Part shown: piece after piece, positions 37,573 to 48,433 of the stretch
How positions within the stretch are numbered: the stretch's first letter is position 1
How the letters are laid out: each line of letters opens with the position of its first letter
Source: a virus
Direction: 5' to 3' (one strand)
Virus record (IMG/VR): IMGVR_UViG_3300025426_000014
Length of the DNA: 64,000 bases
Position numbers and translations under genes: made by a program
Notes under the pieces: model-generated
Told to the model about the DNA's origin: nothing
Database searches by the model: none
What the model saw: the letters and a program-made list of their open reading frames with translations, nothing else

Positions 37573-40013
37573 CCTTTTACTACCCTATCAGAAAGATATC
37601 TAACCAGTTCTTTACTATGGGCTTCATCTTTATAAATGCCCAATAGGTGATTACGATTATGCACTAATATTTCTTCCATCTGCCAGTACCATTTGTGTAT
37701 TTCTTCTTTGCTCATAGAACAAATTCGTTTGATTTCAGCAAACATCATTCGCATACGAAGATCGTTGTCTAATACATTATCAAAACTTTCGTCAATCCAA
37801 GGATCAAATGTCCTAAACCCAATATTACGCAGTTCTGCTAATGCACCCGGGAAGGCAATGAAGATAAAGGGATGGAAGTTGGCAATGGCCTTGAATACTT
37901 TTTCAGTAAACGATTTATATTCACCGTGTATGTATCCTTCGGAAGCAATATACAAGTAAGCATTTTTACTAGATTTACTGCCGTACTTGTCTCCCCAACC
38001 ACTGGTATTATGATATCCTGCATCGGGTTCGTCCTGCATACGGTGTGGCAAAACTTCATGTAATCGATCTATCACTGAGTTATCGCAATCAAATCCGTAG
38101 CTTTTAGACACATAATAGCCATAGTCTCTACCACGATAATCTAACATAGACCAATCACCTAGATCTAACAAGTTTTCTTTAGCCATTTGGTAAATCATTG
38201 CCACTCTATGATCTCTGCTTCTTCTATTAGGAAACATAAAATGATTACGTCTTAGATAGTTTCTACTGTCATAGAACTGTTGTTCTGTTAGCCCCGAACC
38301 AGTTTTGTTTTTAAAGTGTGCAGATATATTAACCAACAGGAATGGCATGTTTTTAACTATCATGCATCGTTCGTGTTCGGGGAACCAAGAGTTATATACT
38401 TGTTCTGCGTTAAAACTGTTGATAGATAGAACAATCTGTTCTTTAGGAATACCGCTACGTTGTAGACCTCTGTGGAAGTCCTCAAACTCATAACGTTCAA
38501 TACACGGCTCGTTGGCCCAATCTAAAAAGATAATAGCGTTCTTTTTACGAACATCTTCCAATGCCTGTGCAGACATATGTTTCCAAAAGTATTCGCCATT
38601 TAGTTTACTGCCTACATGATCGGTCCCTGTAAACTTACCAAAGTGCAAAGTCACTTTAATAGGATAGATATATTTGTGATATCCATCTGCATGTAGAGTT
38701 TGATTTCCAAAGTATAAAGAGTTTTCATAGATATCTACTAGTTCTTTATAGGACCAATGCCGTAAGTGAGATCCTCCCATACGTAGGCTATTAGGCCAAT
38801 CTCCCATTTGATCACCAAACATTTGTTTCAATGGACTATTGGGAGAATCTAACTGTTCTTCGTAAAAACTTTCAGAACTAAGTCTATTTGAATAGAGTGT
38901 GTGCAAATAGTTTACAATGCCCATTTCTGGTGCCAGAGCGTTAGGCAATACAATATTAGGCATTACATAATCGTAAAAGAACGGTAATCTAGGTTTTTTT
39001 TCGACCACGGTTATTTGACTATTAGGTACTGGTACAGGCACTGGTGCTGAAACTAAAGTCTGTACTGGGGCAGGTGCAGGCACCGGAGTAGGGGCCGGAG
39101 TTGTATTAATAACTACTACAGGGGGTAGTTGATTAGAACTTCCTCGCATCTCTGTAGGAGGAGTGATCAAAGAGTATGGATCTATCGTTCTTTCCTGAGT
39201 AGGCACTGCTGGTGTATTAGCTACAATAGCCGGTAGTTGTATAGGTGATGGAACTTCGTTTGTAACAGAAGAAGGATAGGCTTTATAATAAAAATCCCGT
39301 AGTTTTTCTGCAAACAGTTTATGTGGTTCAGCACCGTGATGCCAAAACTCAGGACCTGCATTTCTATACCCTTCGTTTTTATATTTCCAATAAAAACTTT
39401 CTTTATTGTTCATAATGTCCATATAGACATCTTTATCAATTTGATTTATATAAAAGTTTAGATGTGGGCTTTCGCTGAACATCTCCATGGTATTGCACAT
39501 CAAATACCTGATATTTTTAGTTTGTAAAAAATATTGTAGTTGTAGTACAAGGTTAGCACTTGCTATTTCCATGTAAACAACATTCTTTGCTATAAATTCT
39601 TGGCATCCCGCAATAATAGTTTTTTCTTCTTCGTGGCCGCCTTTATACCCCATGTTAACACGGAGGAAATCCATATCAACTTTTGATATATAATCGCTAT
39701 AAGGATTCCATTTATCATACCAAATAGGTCTGTCAACAGGCACCTCCATTCGAAAACTCTCAGTCCATGCAACTAATATTTCCAAATCCATTTTTTCAGG
39801 ATCGTAAAAAGTATTAACCCATTCAATAATGACACGGGTAATAGTTGCGTTGGTAGATCCGTGAGATGCAATATTAAGTGCTTTACGGCCAATCTTTTCC
39901 GCAAATAGATTACCAAAAGAATTTTTTCTATTATATTCGCTGTCTTGAGTTCCGTCCATTTCTGATCCGGATGCATGACTACAGCCTGCAATTAATAATA
40001 ACTTTTCTTTCAT
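37569..40013 (-). CDS. Fusion: SGNH domain + Pro-rich linker + GT10-like domain
   Basis: AGCSHASG...HGSTN...WHHG; PAPTPVPAPAP linker; FTEKVFKAIANFHPFIFI..GFRTFDPWIDESFD. Confidence 0.65.
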   Translation of the reverse strand: MKEKLLLIAGCSHASGSEMDGTQDSEYNRKNSFGNLFAEKIGRKALNIASHGSTNATITRVIIEWVNTFYDPEKMDLEILVAWTESFRMEVPVDRPIWYDKWNPYSDYISKVDMDFLRVNMGYKGGHEEEKTIIAGCQEFIAKNVVYMEIASANLVLQLQYFLQTKNIRYLMCNTMEMFSESPHLNFYINQIDKDVYMDIMNNKESFYWKYKNEGYRNAGPEFWHHGAEPHKLFAEKLRDFYYKAYPSSVTNEVPSPIQLPAIVANTPAVPTQERTIDPYSLITPPTEMRGSSNQLPPVVVINTTPAPTPVPAPAPVQTLVSAPVPVPVPNSQITVVEKKPRLPFFYDYVMPNIVLPNALAPEMGIVNYLHTLYSNRLSSESFYEEQLDSPNSPLKQMFGDQMGDWPNSLRMGGSHLRHWSYKELVDIYENSLYFGNQTLHADGYHKYIYPIKVTLHFGKFTGTDHVGSKLNGEYFWKHMSAQALEDVRKKNAIIFLDWANEPCIERYEFEDFHRGLQRSGIPKEQIVLSINSFNAEQVYNSWFPEHERCMIVKNMPFLLVNISAHFKNKTGSGLTEQQFYDSRNYLRRNHFMFPNRRSRDHRVAMIYQMAKENLLDLGDWSMLDYRGRDYGYYVSKSYGFDCDNSVIDRLHEVLPHRMQDEPDAGYHNTSGWGDKYGSKSSKNAYLYIASEGYIHGEYKSFTEKVFKAIANFHPFIFIAFPGALAELRNIGFRTFDPWIDESFDNVLDNDLRMRMMFAEIKRICSMSKEEIHKWYWQMEEILVHNRNHLLGIYKDEAHSKELVRYLSDRVVKG

Positions 40014-42250
40014 ACTTTACTGCTTCTTTTTTTAATATTATCAAATACTATAGCATATACAGGAACTTCAGGACTAGAGGGAATTTCTTTAGTAGTTGAT
40101 TTATCCGGTATGGCTACTTCATATTGTCTATAATCGCCCCAATCTCCCTCGCCTATATATCTATAGGTAAAGGAAAAATCAAGTTTATTAAATGTTGCTT
40201 CTTCATGAAGCATATGCGAAAAACTTCTATCACTTCTGCCAGTATCACCCCATTCTTCAGGCTTGGCTAGTTTACGTGCTCGTTTGGCAGTATTACTTTG
40301 CATACGACTAAAATCTTGTGCATAGAAAGGCCCGCGCCGAGGATCGTCCTCGTCTCTATCATCATAGGGATTTTCAATTTGATTAAACTCATAATCAAAG
40401 TCTGCTTGCCAGCGTCCTTCATCTGTGATATCAAACTTAAATGTAGCGGTATACATACCAGGACCAAACTGTCCACCGAACTCATTTTGATCAATATCTG
40501 GATTAAACTTAATCTTAGCAGAATATCCGCCTCTAGCACGCCATAACATTCTAAAGAAAGGCCACATTTCATTTACTAATGTGTCAGCAAATGGATTAAT
40601 ATCAGGTTTGATAATGTTGTAGTCAAACTTTTCATATCCCACTTCGCGCACTGTACTAGGATTATCTAACACAACCTTATAGTGATCTACTGCTAACTTA
40701 TGACGTCGTGGATAACTAAAAGGAACTTCCACTGTGTCAATAATCATATCTAAGAATATAGAAAATGCTTTGACACGGGTCATAACATGGGTACCGCCTA
40801 GCTTAAAGTCCTGTGTAATCCAATGATTTTGATACTTGTGATCACTTAGTCCAAACTTTTTAGGATTCTGTCCGATAATAGTTTCTGGTCCAAGACCAAA
40901 GCCAAATCCAGACCCTACATTATTGATATTCATGTTACGAACACGCCATAATAATGTCATACTGTCGGCTGCATCTTGGAAATCTTCTGTAGGGAAACCC
41001 ATGATCCAGTTAGTGGCAGCATAGATTCCTACTTCTTTGCCGTCACGGAAGTTCTGTTCCATTTCAGCAATAGTAACACCTTTGTCCATGTCATCTAATA
41101 CTTTCTGACTACCACTTTCGATACCATAGTTCAGAATGATACAACCACCTGCTTTAAGGTCTTTGAAGTATTCAAGATCCATGCGGCCGTCGCAACGAGC
41201 ATAACCAGTCCAATGAATCTTTAAGTCTTTGGCCACAACAGCCTTACAGAACGCACGTAGTTCTTTTAGGTTACCATTAACTAAACTGTCAATGAACCAA
41301 ATAATGTCTGTGCCTTTGTTGTAGTACAGCCATTCTACTTCGGTGATAAGGTCCACAGCCTGACGCTGACGATACTTCCAAAAGTGTGTTTCTTCACAGA
41401 ATGTACATTTAGCAGTACAGCCACGACTAATCTCACTGTTAACACCGTTAGGCAACTTATACTGATTGAAGTCAATACTTTCATAATCAGGCATAGGTAA
41501 GCCATTGATATTGATACGTTGATCTTCAGGCTGTGTTACATACTTTGGTCCTTTGAGAACAACACCGTTTTCTACTTCATCTAAAATCTCTAACAGTACT
41601 TGCTCACCCTCTCCGTTGACAACATAGTCAAAGTAATCCTCAATCTCGAACCAGCCCTTTTGTACATTACTACCACCGATAGCGATTCTAATGTTAGGAT
41701 TACGGCGTTTGAGTTCCTTACACATCCATTTAGTAGGAAGCTCATTGATATTGTATACACTAAATCCTATAATGTCAGCACCATATTCTTCAAGCTCATC
41801 ACAGGCTTTCATTAACAACGGTTCAAGCACAGGATGAATGTGTTCATAATATGTACTGCCAGTCCAATGCCAGATAGCACTAGGATCCCACAACGGAAAT
41901 GGTATTAATTTTCTAGGGCGCCAGATTTTTTGATATTCATTATAAGCACGAATATTCAAATCTTTAATAACTGTTTCGTAGCCTGCACTTTTGGCAACAC
42001 CACTAAGTCGAGCTAGATTAAACGGAGGCATGTCAGGTGCCCACTCGGGACACATTACCAATGCTAGTTTTGTTTTGCGTGTTTTGTAATCGATATAAAC
42101 AGGAGTAACGTTTTTTTGCTCTGTTTTTTTAGCATAAGGTGCAATAGCATCCATCATGGCACGATGTCGTGCATCTGCGAGATCCTCAGGAGGCTGTTCT
42201 CGCGGACCAATATCTTTTCTTGCTAACTGTGTTAAATTGAAATCAATCAA
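40010..42250 (-). CDS. Cobalamin-binding radical SAM enzyme (class B methyltransferase-like)
   Basis: PPFNLARL, DIIGFS, IAIGG, VVNGEGE (B12 domain); SRGCTAKCTFC; GIESGSQKVLDDMDKG; IMGFPTE; TTG start. Confidence 0.88.
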   Translation of the reverse strand: MIDFNLTQLARKDIGPREQPPEDLADARHRAMMDAIAPYAKKTEQKNVTPVYIDYKTRKTKLALVMCPEWAPDMPPFNLARLSGVAKSAGYETVIKDLNIRAYNEYQKIWRPRKLIPFPLWDPSAIWHWTGSTYYEHIHPVLEPLLMKACDELEEYGADIIGFSVYNINELPTKWMCKELKRRNPNIRIAIGGSNVQKGWFEIEDYFDYVVNGEGEQVLLEILDEVENGVVLKGPKYVTQPEDQRININGLPMPDYESIDFNQYKLPNGVNSEISRGCTAKCTFCEETHFWKYRQRQAVDLITEVEWLYYNKGTDIIWFIDSLVNGNLKELRAFCKAVVAKDLKIHWTGYARCDGRMDLEYFKDLKAGGCIILNYGIESGSQKVLDDMDKGVTIAEMEQNFRDGKEVGIYAATNWIMGFPTEDFQDAADSMTLLWRVRNMNINNVGSGFGFGLGPETIIGQNPKKFGLSDHKYQNHWITQDFKLGGTHVMTRVKAFSIFLDMIIDTVEVPFSYPRRHKLAVDHYKVVLDNPSTVREVGYEKFDYNIIKPDINPFADTLVNEMWPFFRMLWRARGGYSAKIKFNPDIDQNEFGGQFGPGMYTATFKFDITDEGRWQADFDYEFNQIENPYDDRDEDDPRRGPFYAQDFSRMQSNTAKRARKLAKPEEWGDTGRSDRSFSHMLHEEATFNKLDFSFTYRYIGEGDWGDYRQYEVAIPDKSTTKEIPSSPEVPVYAIVFDNIKKRSSKV

Positions 42251-43297
42251 TTAATCTACCTTCTTTTTAGTTCTAGTTTTTTTAGGTTTAACAGGTTCTT
42301 CGGCAACAACTGGTATAACAGGAATAACTTTGCGATCGGGGTTATGTTTGGGAATAATAATATCTGTACCGCAATGGCAGTGTTCTTTTTCGCAGGTAAT
42401 CACTTTAGGACCAATCTCAGCAATATCTCTTAGAATATTACCGCCATAACCGCCTTCACCACAACTAGCTAGTCCAATATCTCCCATAGGATTGATAAAC
42501 AAGCTATCGCCTACATTACAGCGCCAGCCTTTGAAAAAGTTCTGTCTATTAATAATAACATCATTGCTATTAGTATACAACTCTTCTCCATCCTCATGAA
42601 TAGAATAACTTACACAGTTATCCGGAGTAGTGGGTTTAGGTAGTGTAAACTTCATATCCACCGAATGTGTTTTTAAGAAATCTACTTTTTTCTTGCTACG
42701 ATACTTCCAAGGACTAGCATAGATTGTCATCTCATCAAACAACGGAGTCCATTCAATAAAGTAGTTAGGCATAACTTTTTTCAAGTGTTCGCCGTATTCA
42801 ACAACTTCCCAAAAGCGTTCATCATGCATCAACATCTTTGTGGCAAGATAGTTTACCTTGTCACATAAGAAGATACTATTCTTTTCGTATTCTTCTTTGT
42901 TACTAAACTCCACATGATAACTAGCAACAATATCATCAAACAAATGATAATGTTTCTTCCACCAAGCCAATGGGCGACTTAGATTAGTGTTTACTGCTAA
43001 TGTACAGTTAGGCAGTTCACGCTTCAACCATTCGCATACAGGAATAAAGTTACGCCATGCTGTAGGTTCTCCTCCACTAAAGAAGAACTTAAAGTGTTCA
43101 TAACCTTCTTCCTTGTAACGATTAATAATAGTTTCAAGGTTAGTTAGGTACTTGGTCAAGTTACCATTATTGGTTTCAGTACCACTCCAGTTGCCTGGAT
43201 TACAATAACTACATTTAAAGTTACAGTAGTTGTTAACTTGCCAAGTGACTGCAAGGTATTTTTGTTTCCCTACAATCTCGATTATTTCTTTGCCCAT
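42251..43297 (-). CDS. Radical SAM enzyme with C-terminal twitch/SPASM Cys cluster
   Basis: CNFKCSYC, SGGEP, NTN; C..G..LFINP.G....C...C....CHC. Confidence 0.88.
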   Translation of the reverse strand: MGKEIIEIVGKQKYLAVTWQVNNYCNFKCSYCNPGNWSGTETNNGNLTKYLTNLETIINRYKEEGYEHFKFFFSGGEPTAWRNFIPVCEWLKRELPNCTLAVNTNLSRPLAWWKKHYHLFDDIVASYHVEFSNKEEYEKNSIFLCDKVNYLATKMLMHDERFWEVVEYGEHLKKVMPNYFIEWTPLFDEMTIYASPWKYRSKKKVDFLKTHSVDMKFTLPKPTTPDNCVSYSIHEDGEELYTNSNDVIINRQNFFKGWRCNVGDSLFINPMGDIGLASCGEGGYGGNILRDIAEIGPKVITCEKEHCHCGTDIIIPKHNPDRKVIPVIPVVAEEPVKPKKTRTKKKVD

Positions 43298-44577
43298 TGA
43301 TAGACCTCTTTTAATTCTGGAACAACGTCCAATAACTTTTCTTTTCTATTAACATCCATTTCATTATTATGGAAAATGAATTCTAATATACCGCCTTTGT
43401 CCTCATGACTGACATGATCACCGTATCTATGACTGCCTGCTTTTAAGTTCTGTTGTATAAGTTTAAACCCATTTGCAATGCCGGGCAAGTGTTCATACTT
43501 CCTAACATGCATTTCATACGTTTTGATTAACTTTTCTTTAATATGGTCTGGCAATATAAAGATATTGGCCCACCAAGGATGTGTAAGCAAGTTAAATCTA
43601 GGATCAACTTTTTTACTAATCAACTCATTGTCATATAGATAATCAAAGAACTCAGGGAAGGACCAAACATTCCATGTACTGATCGTAGGACTAATCTGGA
43701 ACTCTGCATGTGGAACTTCTTTCTTTAGTTTTTTCATGTTCTTAACAATGGTATCCCATTTGGTACCTTTGCGTACAAGTTCAGCAACATCGCCACTGGC
43801 ATCGAGACTTGCCCAAATCTTGATGTTGGGAAACTTCTTCCACAACTCAATCAAGTTTCTATCTTTGTATTTCAATACACTAAAGTTAGTAGTATATGTT
43901 AGTTCAACCTTATGGGTCAGACCTTTTTCAATCCAATAATCTAAACATTCATAATGCTCGGGTGTAATAATAGCTTCTCCACCTGCAAAGTAAACTTCTT
44001 CAACGTGATCGAGATAGGGTTTTAGTTTAGTCATAAACACTTGGTCTTCGTTGGTATTAACAACAAATGATTTTAATCCAAAGTATTTTTCTAACTTATC
44101 ATGCCCTTTAGTCTTAGCGTATTCTTCTGCCCATTGACTACTACAAGCAGGTCCACATGTACGACATTTCATGTTACATAGGTTACTAAAACGAATGTCC
44201 ATATACTTCATTTTAAACTCGTCAATGCTGCCGTCTTTCTTAGTCTTACTAATAAGATCAACATAGTCAAGTCCCCTACGGGTATTATGACTATTACGCA
44301 TAGTCCAAGCACCTAGTTGTTCTACGCTGGTGCAACGGAAACAAGTTTCAAGCGGCTGATCTTTTAACATAGCCACACGCATCTTTTTGTACTCGTCACT
44401 ATTCATCATTTGAATAATAGATTCTTCTGATTTAATCTTAGACACTGGCTTAGAGCTATCTGCCATACAGCAGGGCATAACATCCCCATTAGGGAACGAA
44501 TGGAAGTGTATCCAAGGTAGAACACAAAAGTTCTTGCCTTCTTTGATCAGTTTAGTTACATGTGCTTTTGTTACCAT
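43282..44577 (-). CDS. N-terminal twitch-domain radical SAM enzyme
   Basis: FCVLPW.H...NG.V.PCC...C..C; SNLCNMKCRTC; FAGGE. Confidence 0.9.
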   Translation of the reverse strand: MVTKAHVTKLIKEGKNFCVLPWIHFHSFPNGDVMPCCMADSSKPVSKIKSEESIIQMMNSDEYKKMRVAMLKDQPLETCFRCTSVEQLGAWTMRNSHNTRRGLDYVDLISKTKKDGSIDEFKMKYMDIRFSNLCNMKCRTCGPACSSQWAEEYAKTKGHDKLEKYFGLKSFVVNTNEDQVFMTKLKPYLDHVEEVYFAGGEAIITPEHYECLDYWIEKGLTHKVELTYTTNFSVLKYKDRNLIELWKKFPNIKIWASLDASGDVAELVRKGTKWDTIVKNMKKLKKEVPHAEFQISPTISTWNVWSFPEFFDYLYDNELISKKVDPRFNLLTHPWWANIFILPDHIKEKLIKTYEMHVRKYEHLPGIANGFKLIQQNLKAGSHRYGDHVSHEDKGGILEFIFHNNEMDVNRKEKLLDVVPELKEVYQWAKK

Positions 44578-44578
44578 A

Positions 44579-45823
44579 TTAATCCATCATTGAAGCAAGT
44601 TCGGGAAATACTTTGGTAAAGTCTTCGCCGCGGACTTTGTCTAATACTGCAATCTCTTCTTGGAACTTGGCTTTATTATCTGCCCAGGTATGTTGAGCAT
44701 TTGCCCAAGCCATAGTAGATTCTACCACAGGCAGTTTATAATCGAGGAATCCCTTGCTTTGCATAAACTTTACCAACGATTTAATCTTAAATGTAGCTTC
44801 ACGTTTAAGTTTAGCTGGCATTACTTGAGATGTAAAATGTGTCGGTGATGTCATATTATAGATACCAAATGTTGTGTAACTCCAAGAGGTATAGATTTTC
44901 TTTTCAATCAAGTAATGATAGAATTCTAACATAGTATGATAGTTAAACACACTACATACAGTATTTAGACCAAATCTAACATTATCCATTGAGCTGAGTT
45001 TGATAAGGTTCTTTTCTACCTGTCCCCAATCAGTGCCATGTCTAATATACTCAGCACGTTCACCGTGATGATCAATACTGGCTTCTAGAGAAATAGGTTT
45101 GGTAAAATGACTCCATAACTCAATAATATCCTTGTTCTTAAACTTCAAGTTACTGACATTTGAGTTGTATACAAGATTAATATCTGTACGACCTTGTTTA
45201 ATCATTTCTTCTAGAACAATATAATGTTCTTCGGTAATCAACGGTTCACCACCAGCAAAATACGCATACTCCATATGTGGAATATGTTCAATGACTTCTT
45301 CCAATAGTTGAGGAGTATTGTTCTTAGGGTGAATAGTAGCCCAAGGTACTTTACGTTTGATATCTTCCTGTTCCCATAATGTACTAAATGCCGCATTACA
45401 AGTTCTACATTTAAAGTTACATACGTTATTAAAACGCACATCAAAATATCGCATTTTAAAGTCAGCAAGAGTGCCATCTTCTAGCGTATTAGCCATAGCT
45501 TCATCAAAGTGATGTTTAAATCGTTTAGCAAACTGATCTTTACTAGAACTAATACCCTGCGCCTGATGTTCATGACAACCAGCACATGCGGGATTAAAAC
45601 GTTCGTTCAGCATATCCAAACGTAGTTGTTTCATCTTATCACCATTGATGATAGACTCAATAGTTTGTTCTGTTGTATTCCCCACAACATCCCTAGCAAT
45701 ACAACAGGCTGCTGCTTCTCCTACTGGAGATGTGTATAGGTGAATCCAGGGAGACATACAAAATGTCTTGCTTTCATTTAAAAGAAAGTCTTTATTTACA
45801 GTTACAGTTTTTTGTTTTTTCAC
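44579..45823 (-). CDS. N-terminal twitch-domain radical SAM enzyme
   Basis: FCMSPW.H...CC...CAGC; NNVCNFKCRTC; FAGGEP; AEYIRHGTDW. Confidence 0.9.
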   Translation of the reverse strand: MKKQKTVTVNKDFLLNESKTFCMSPWIHLYTSPVGEAAACCIARDVVGNTTEQTIESIINGDKMKQLRLDMLNERFNPACAGCHEHQAQGISSSKDQFAKRFKHHFDEAMANTLEDGTLADFKMRYFDVRFNNVCNFKCRTCNAAFSTLWEQEDIKRKVPWATIHPKNNTPQLLEEVIEHIPHMEYAYFAGGEPLITEEHYIVLEEMIKQGRTDINLVYNSNVSNLKFKNKDIIELWSHFTKPISLEASIDHHGERAEYIRHGTDWGQVEKNLIKLSSMDNVRFGLNTVCSVFNYHTMLEFYHYLIEKKIYTSWSYTTFGIYNMTSPTHFTSQVMPAKLKREATFKIKSLVKFMQSKGFLDYKLPVVESTMAWANAQHTWADNKAKFQEEIAVLDKVRGEDFTKVFPELASMMD

Positions 45824-47073
45824 TTTGGTTCCATCAATGGGTATAGTTCTGGGAATGTTCTAACAAATGATTCCCCTCGTACTCTGTCACGCTCTTTAGT
45901 ATGATGTATGAATTCTTTTCTAGCCGTTTTCCAGTTATCTTCACTGTTAACAAAAGGAATAGCCAAATCTAAGTATTGTTTTACAATATGTCCATTTTGC
46001 AAGGTTGGAGCATATTTCATTATCTTTTCTGTTCCAATATCTTTTAAATGTCTAGGCAATGCAGTAGCAGTATAATATGGCGGATGTGTAGTCATAGACA
46101 AATAAGTTTGATAATCCTCTTGTCTAATCAAATCTTTATCTAACATATAACTATAGAAATCAGTTATTGTTAGATAGTTAAACACACTCAATACTGTGGC
46201 TACTCCTAACTTTACATTATCTAGTTTTCTAAAGTTAATCAAGTTACTTTCAACTACGCCCCATTCGGTTCCATGTCTAATGTATTCAGCACGTTCTCCG
46301 TAATGGTCAACGCTTACCTGTAGCTCAATCTTTTTAAAGTTCTTCCAAAGATCTAATAAGTCTTTATTCTTATAGTTAATAGTACTACCATTTGTGTTAT
46401 AACGCAACATTACATCTGTTCGACCCCGACGAATCATTTCTTCAAGGATAATGTAATGTTCGTCCATGATCAATGGTTCGCCACCAGCAAAGTAAAGAAT
46501 GTCTGCGTGATCTAAATGTGTTTTTACTTCTTCAATCAGTGTGCCTTTATGATTGTCTGCATGGATAGTGACCCAGTCTTCCAGGCCCAGTTTCTTTTGT
46601 TCAGCGGCCCATTTACTACTAAAGTCAGCACCACAAGTTCTGCAAGCAAAGTTACAGATATTACTGAATCTAATATCAATAAGATGTAGTTTAAACTCAT
46701 CCAAAGATCCATCTTCATTGGTATTAGGTACTAACTCATCAAACCGTTTTCCAAAATGATCTTTGCCAAATGTTCTGTAAGTGTGAGGACTGATTTTTTC
46801 ACGGTCGTAACACATTTTACAGCAGTCCGAAGGAACATCATTTAACATATCTAATCTCAGCTTCTTAGCAGCATCACTGTTAAAGATTTCCTTTAGGGAG
46901 TTTTCTCTAACATTCCCTAACTGTAAAGATCTATCAGTGGTACAGCATGGAAACACTTCACCGCCGGGACTTACAAAAAGATGCATCCAAGGAAGCATAC
47001 AAAATGTCTTACTGTCCTCCATTAGATAATCTTTGTTAATCGGTATTACTTTATTCATATTCACTACATTCAT
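45820..47073 (-). CDS. N-terminal twitch-domain radical SAM enzyme
   Basis: FCMLPW.H...PCC...CKMC; SNICNFACRTC; FAGGEP; AEYIRHGTEW. Confidence 0.9.
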   Translation of the reverse strand: MNVVNMNKVIPINKDYLMEDSKTFCMLPWMHLFVSPGGEVFPCCTTDRSLQLGNVRENSLKEIFNSDAAKKLRLDMLNDVPSDCCKMCYDREKISPHTYRTFGKDHFGKRFDELVPNTNEDGSLDEFKLHLIDIRFSNICNFACRTCGADFSSKWAAEQKKLGLEDWVTIHADNHKGTLIEEVKTHLDHADILYFAGGEPLIMDEHYIILEEMIRRGRTDVMLRYNTNGSTINYKNKDLLDLWKNFKKIELQVSVDHYGERAEYIRHGTEWGVVESNLINFRKLDNVKLGVATVLSVFNYLTITDFYSYMLDKDLIRQEDYQTYLSMTTHPPYYTATALPRHLKDIGTEKIMKYAPTLQNGHIVKQYLDLAIPFVNSEDNWKTARKEFIHHTKERDRVRGESFVRTFPELYPLMEPK

Positions 47074-48433
47074 TATAAAAATCTGTCATCTCGGGGAACG
47101 TTTCCAAAAAGTTTGTGTCCCTGCGTTCATCTAACGCATTAAACCAGTTATAAAAATCCTTGCGACCTTCTGCGACGCGAGCATCATCATATGTTGTTGA
47201 TTCCATATAATCAACGACACGTCTAAACTTTTCATATTCAAAAGTTGTAAACTTTGCCAAATCGTTTTCGTCTGTGTTGTCTTTCATAAACTTTAACGAC
47301 TCGTGCATGTAAGGCAAAAACTCTGTCTTGGGCAATATATTCATATCATACTGCAATGGTTCTTTGAGATAGGGTGTATCAAATCTAACCATTTGCGGTT
47401 GATCAGTTCTATTGTACTGATTATACTTGGCACGCCATTCTAAGATCTTTTCCAATAGGCTCTTGAATGTTGTCACACACAAGATATTAAACGTAATCAT
47501 AAAACTGATCGGCTGTCCAGTACCTATTAGGTACGCATCGAGGTTGCGTTCCCAAATGGACAAATCTAATCCTGTTCGAATATATTCTGCTCGTGGGCCC
47601 CATGTATCAATGCTAGTAAACAACTTAAATCTACGGATTCCTTTGTTGTCTGTAACATAGTTTACACTATCAATCATCTTATCTACCAATGCTGGTTTGA
47701 CACCAATATTGCTATTGATATTTAATTCTAATTGAGGCATGGGGTCATTTTTCAGGCTATCAAACAGTTTCCAAGTACTGGTATGCATCAATGGTTCCCC
47801 ACCAGTAACTCGTAGAATGTTCAGTGTCTTACTCATTTCAGGCCACCAACGCCACCAAGCATCCACAAATGGATTACTTTCTTCACGCTCGTAGATCTTT
47901 AGGTAATCGATATCACAACGATGATTGCTCACTGTTTCTACAGGACCGTGCTGTTTAATCTCGTTGTAGAAACGACTGCTGGCTTTGGGGTGGCAATAGC
48001 CGCATTTGAAGTTACATTCATTACCGAACGATACTTCAATATATTCTGGGTTGATGTTCTTATTGTATGAACCTGTAGTTGCTTCTTCCCACCGAGAAGG
48101 AGTATAGATGGATGTTGTTCTAATGTGGCGGTCACTGATGTAACCTTCGCCCATATTTTCAATATTCCAGCAGTATTGGCAACCTTTGGTTTGTACGCCC
48201 AATAACATATCCCTACGCTCTAACTTTTTAATAGGAGTATTGTGCAGGGCGCTGGGATTACGTCTAATCTCTTCTTTGTTTATCTTGTGTGGAGGCGGGT
48301 GATAACAACTGTGTGTTTCACCTGTTTGTAGGTACAAGGTAGTATGATGCCATTTAGCCAAACAAAATGTTGGACTAACTTTGTTCATAATGGGTATGAG
48401 TTTTCTAACTTTCTTCTCGTCCGAATCTGACAT
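47051..48433 (-). CDS. N-terminal twitch-like radical SAM enzyme
   Basis: FCLAKW...HSCYHP...CQYCW; NECNFKCGYC; TGGEP; AEYIR.GL. Confidence 0.88.
   Translation of the reverse strand: MSDSDEKKVRKLIPIMNKVSPTFCLAKWHHTTLYLQTGETHSCYHPPPHKINKEEIRRNPSALHNTPIKKLERRDMLLGVQTKGCQYCWNIENMGEGYISDRHIRTTSIYTPSRWEEATTGSYNKNINPEYIEVSFGNECNFKCGYCHPKASSRFYNEIKQHGPVETVSNHRCDIDYLKIYEREESNPFVDAWWRWWPEMSKTLNILRVTGGEPLMHTSTWKLFDSLKNDPMPQLELNINSNIGVKPALVDKMIDSVNYVTDNKGIRRFKLFTSIDTWGPRAEYIRTGLDLSIWERNLDAYLIGTGQPISFMITFNILCVTTFKSLLEKILEWRAKYNQYNRTDQPQMVRFDTPYLKEPLQYDMNILPKTEFLPYMHESLKFMKDNTDENDLAKFTTFEYEKFRRVVDYMESTTYDDARVAEGRKDFYNWFNALDERRDTNFLETFPEMTDFYNECSEYE

Noticed and set aside
40010-48433. RiPP cluster
   Set aside because: No precursor peptide, RRE domain, protease or transporter was seen; the context is glycan enzymes.
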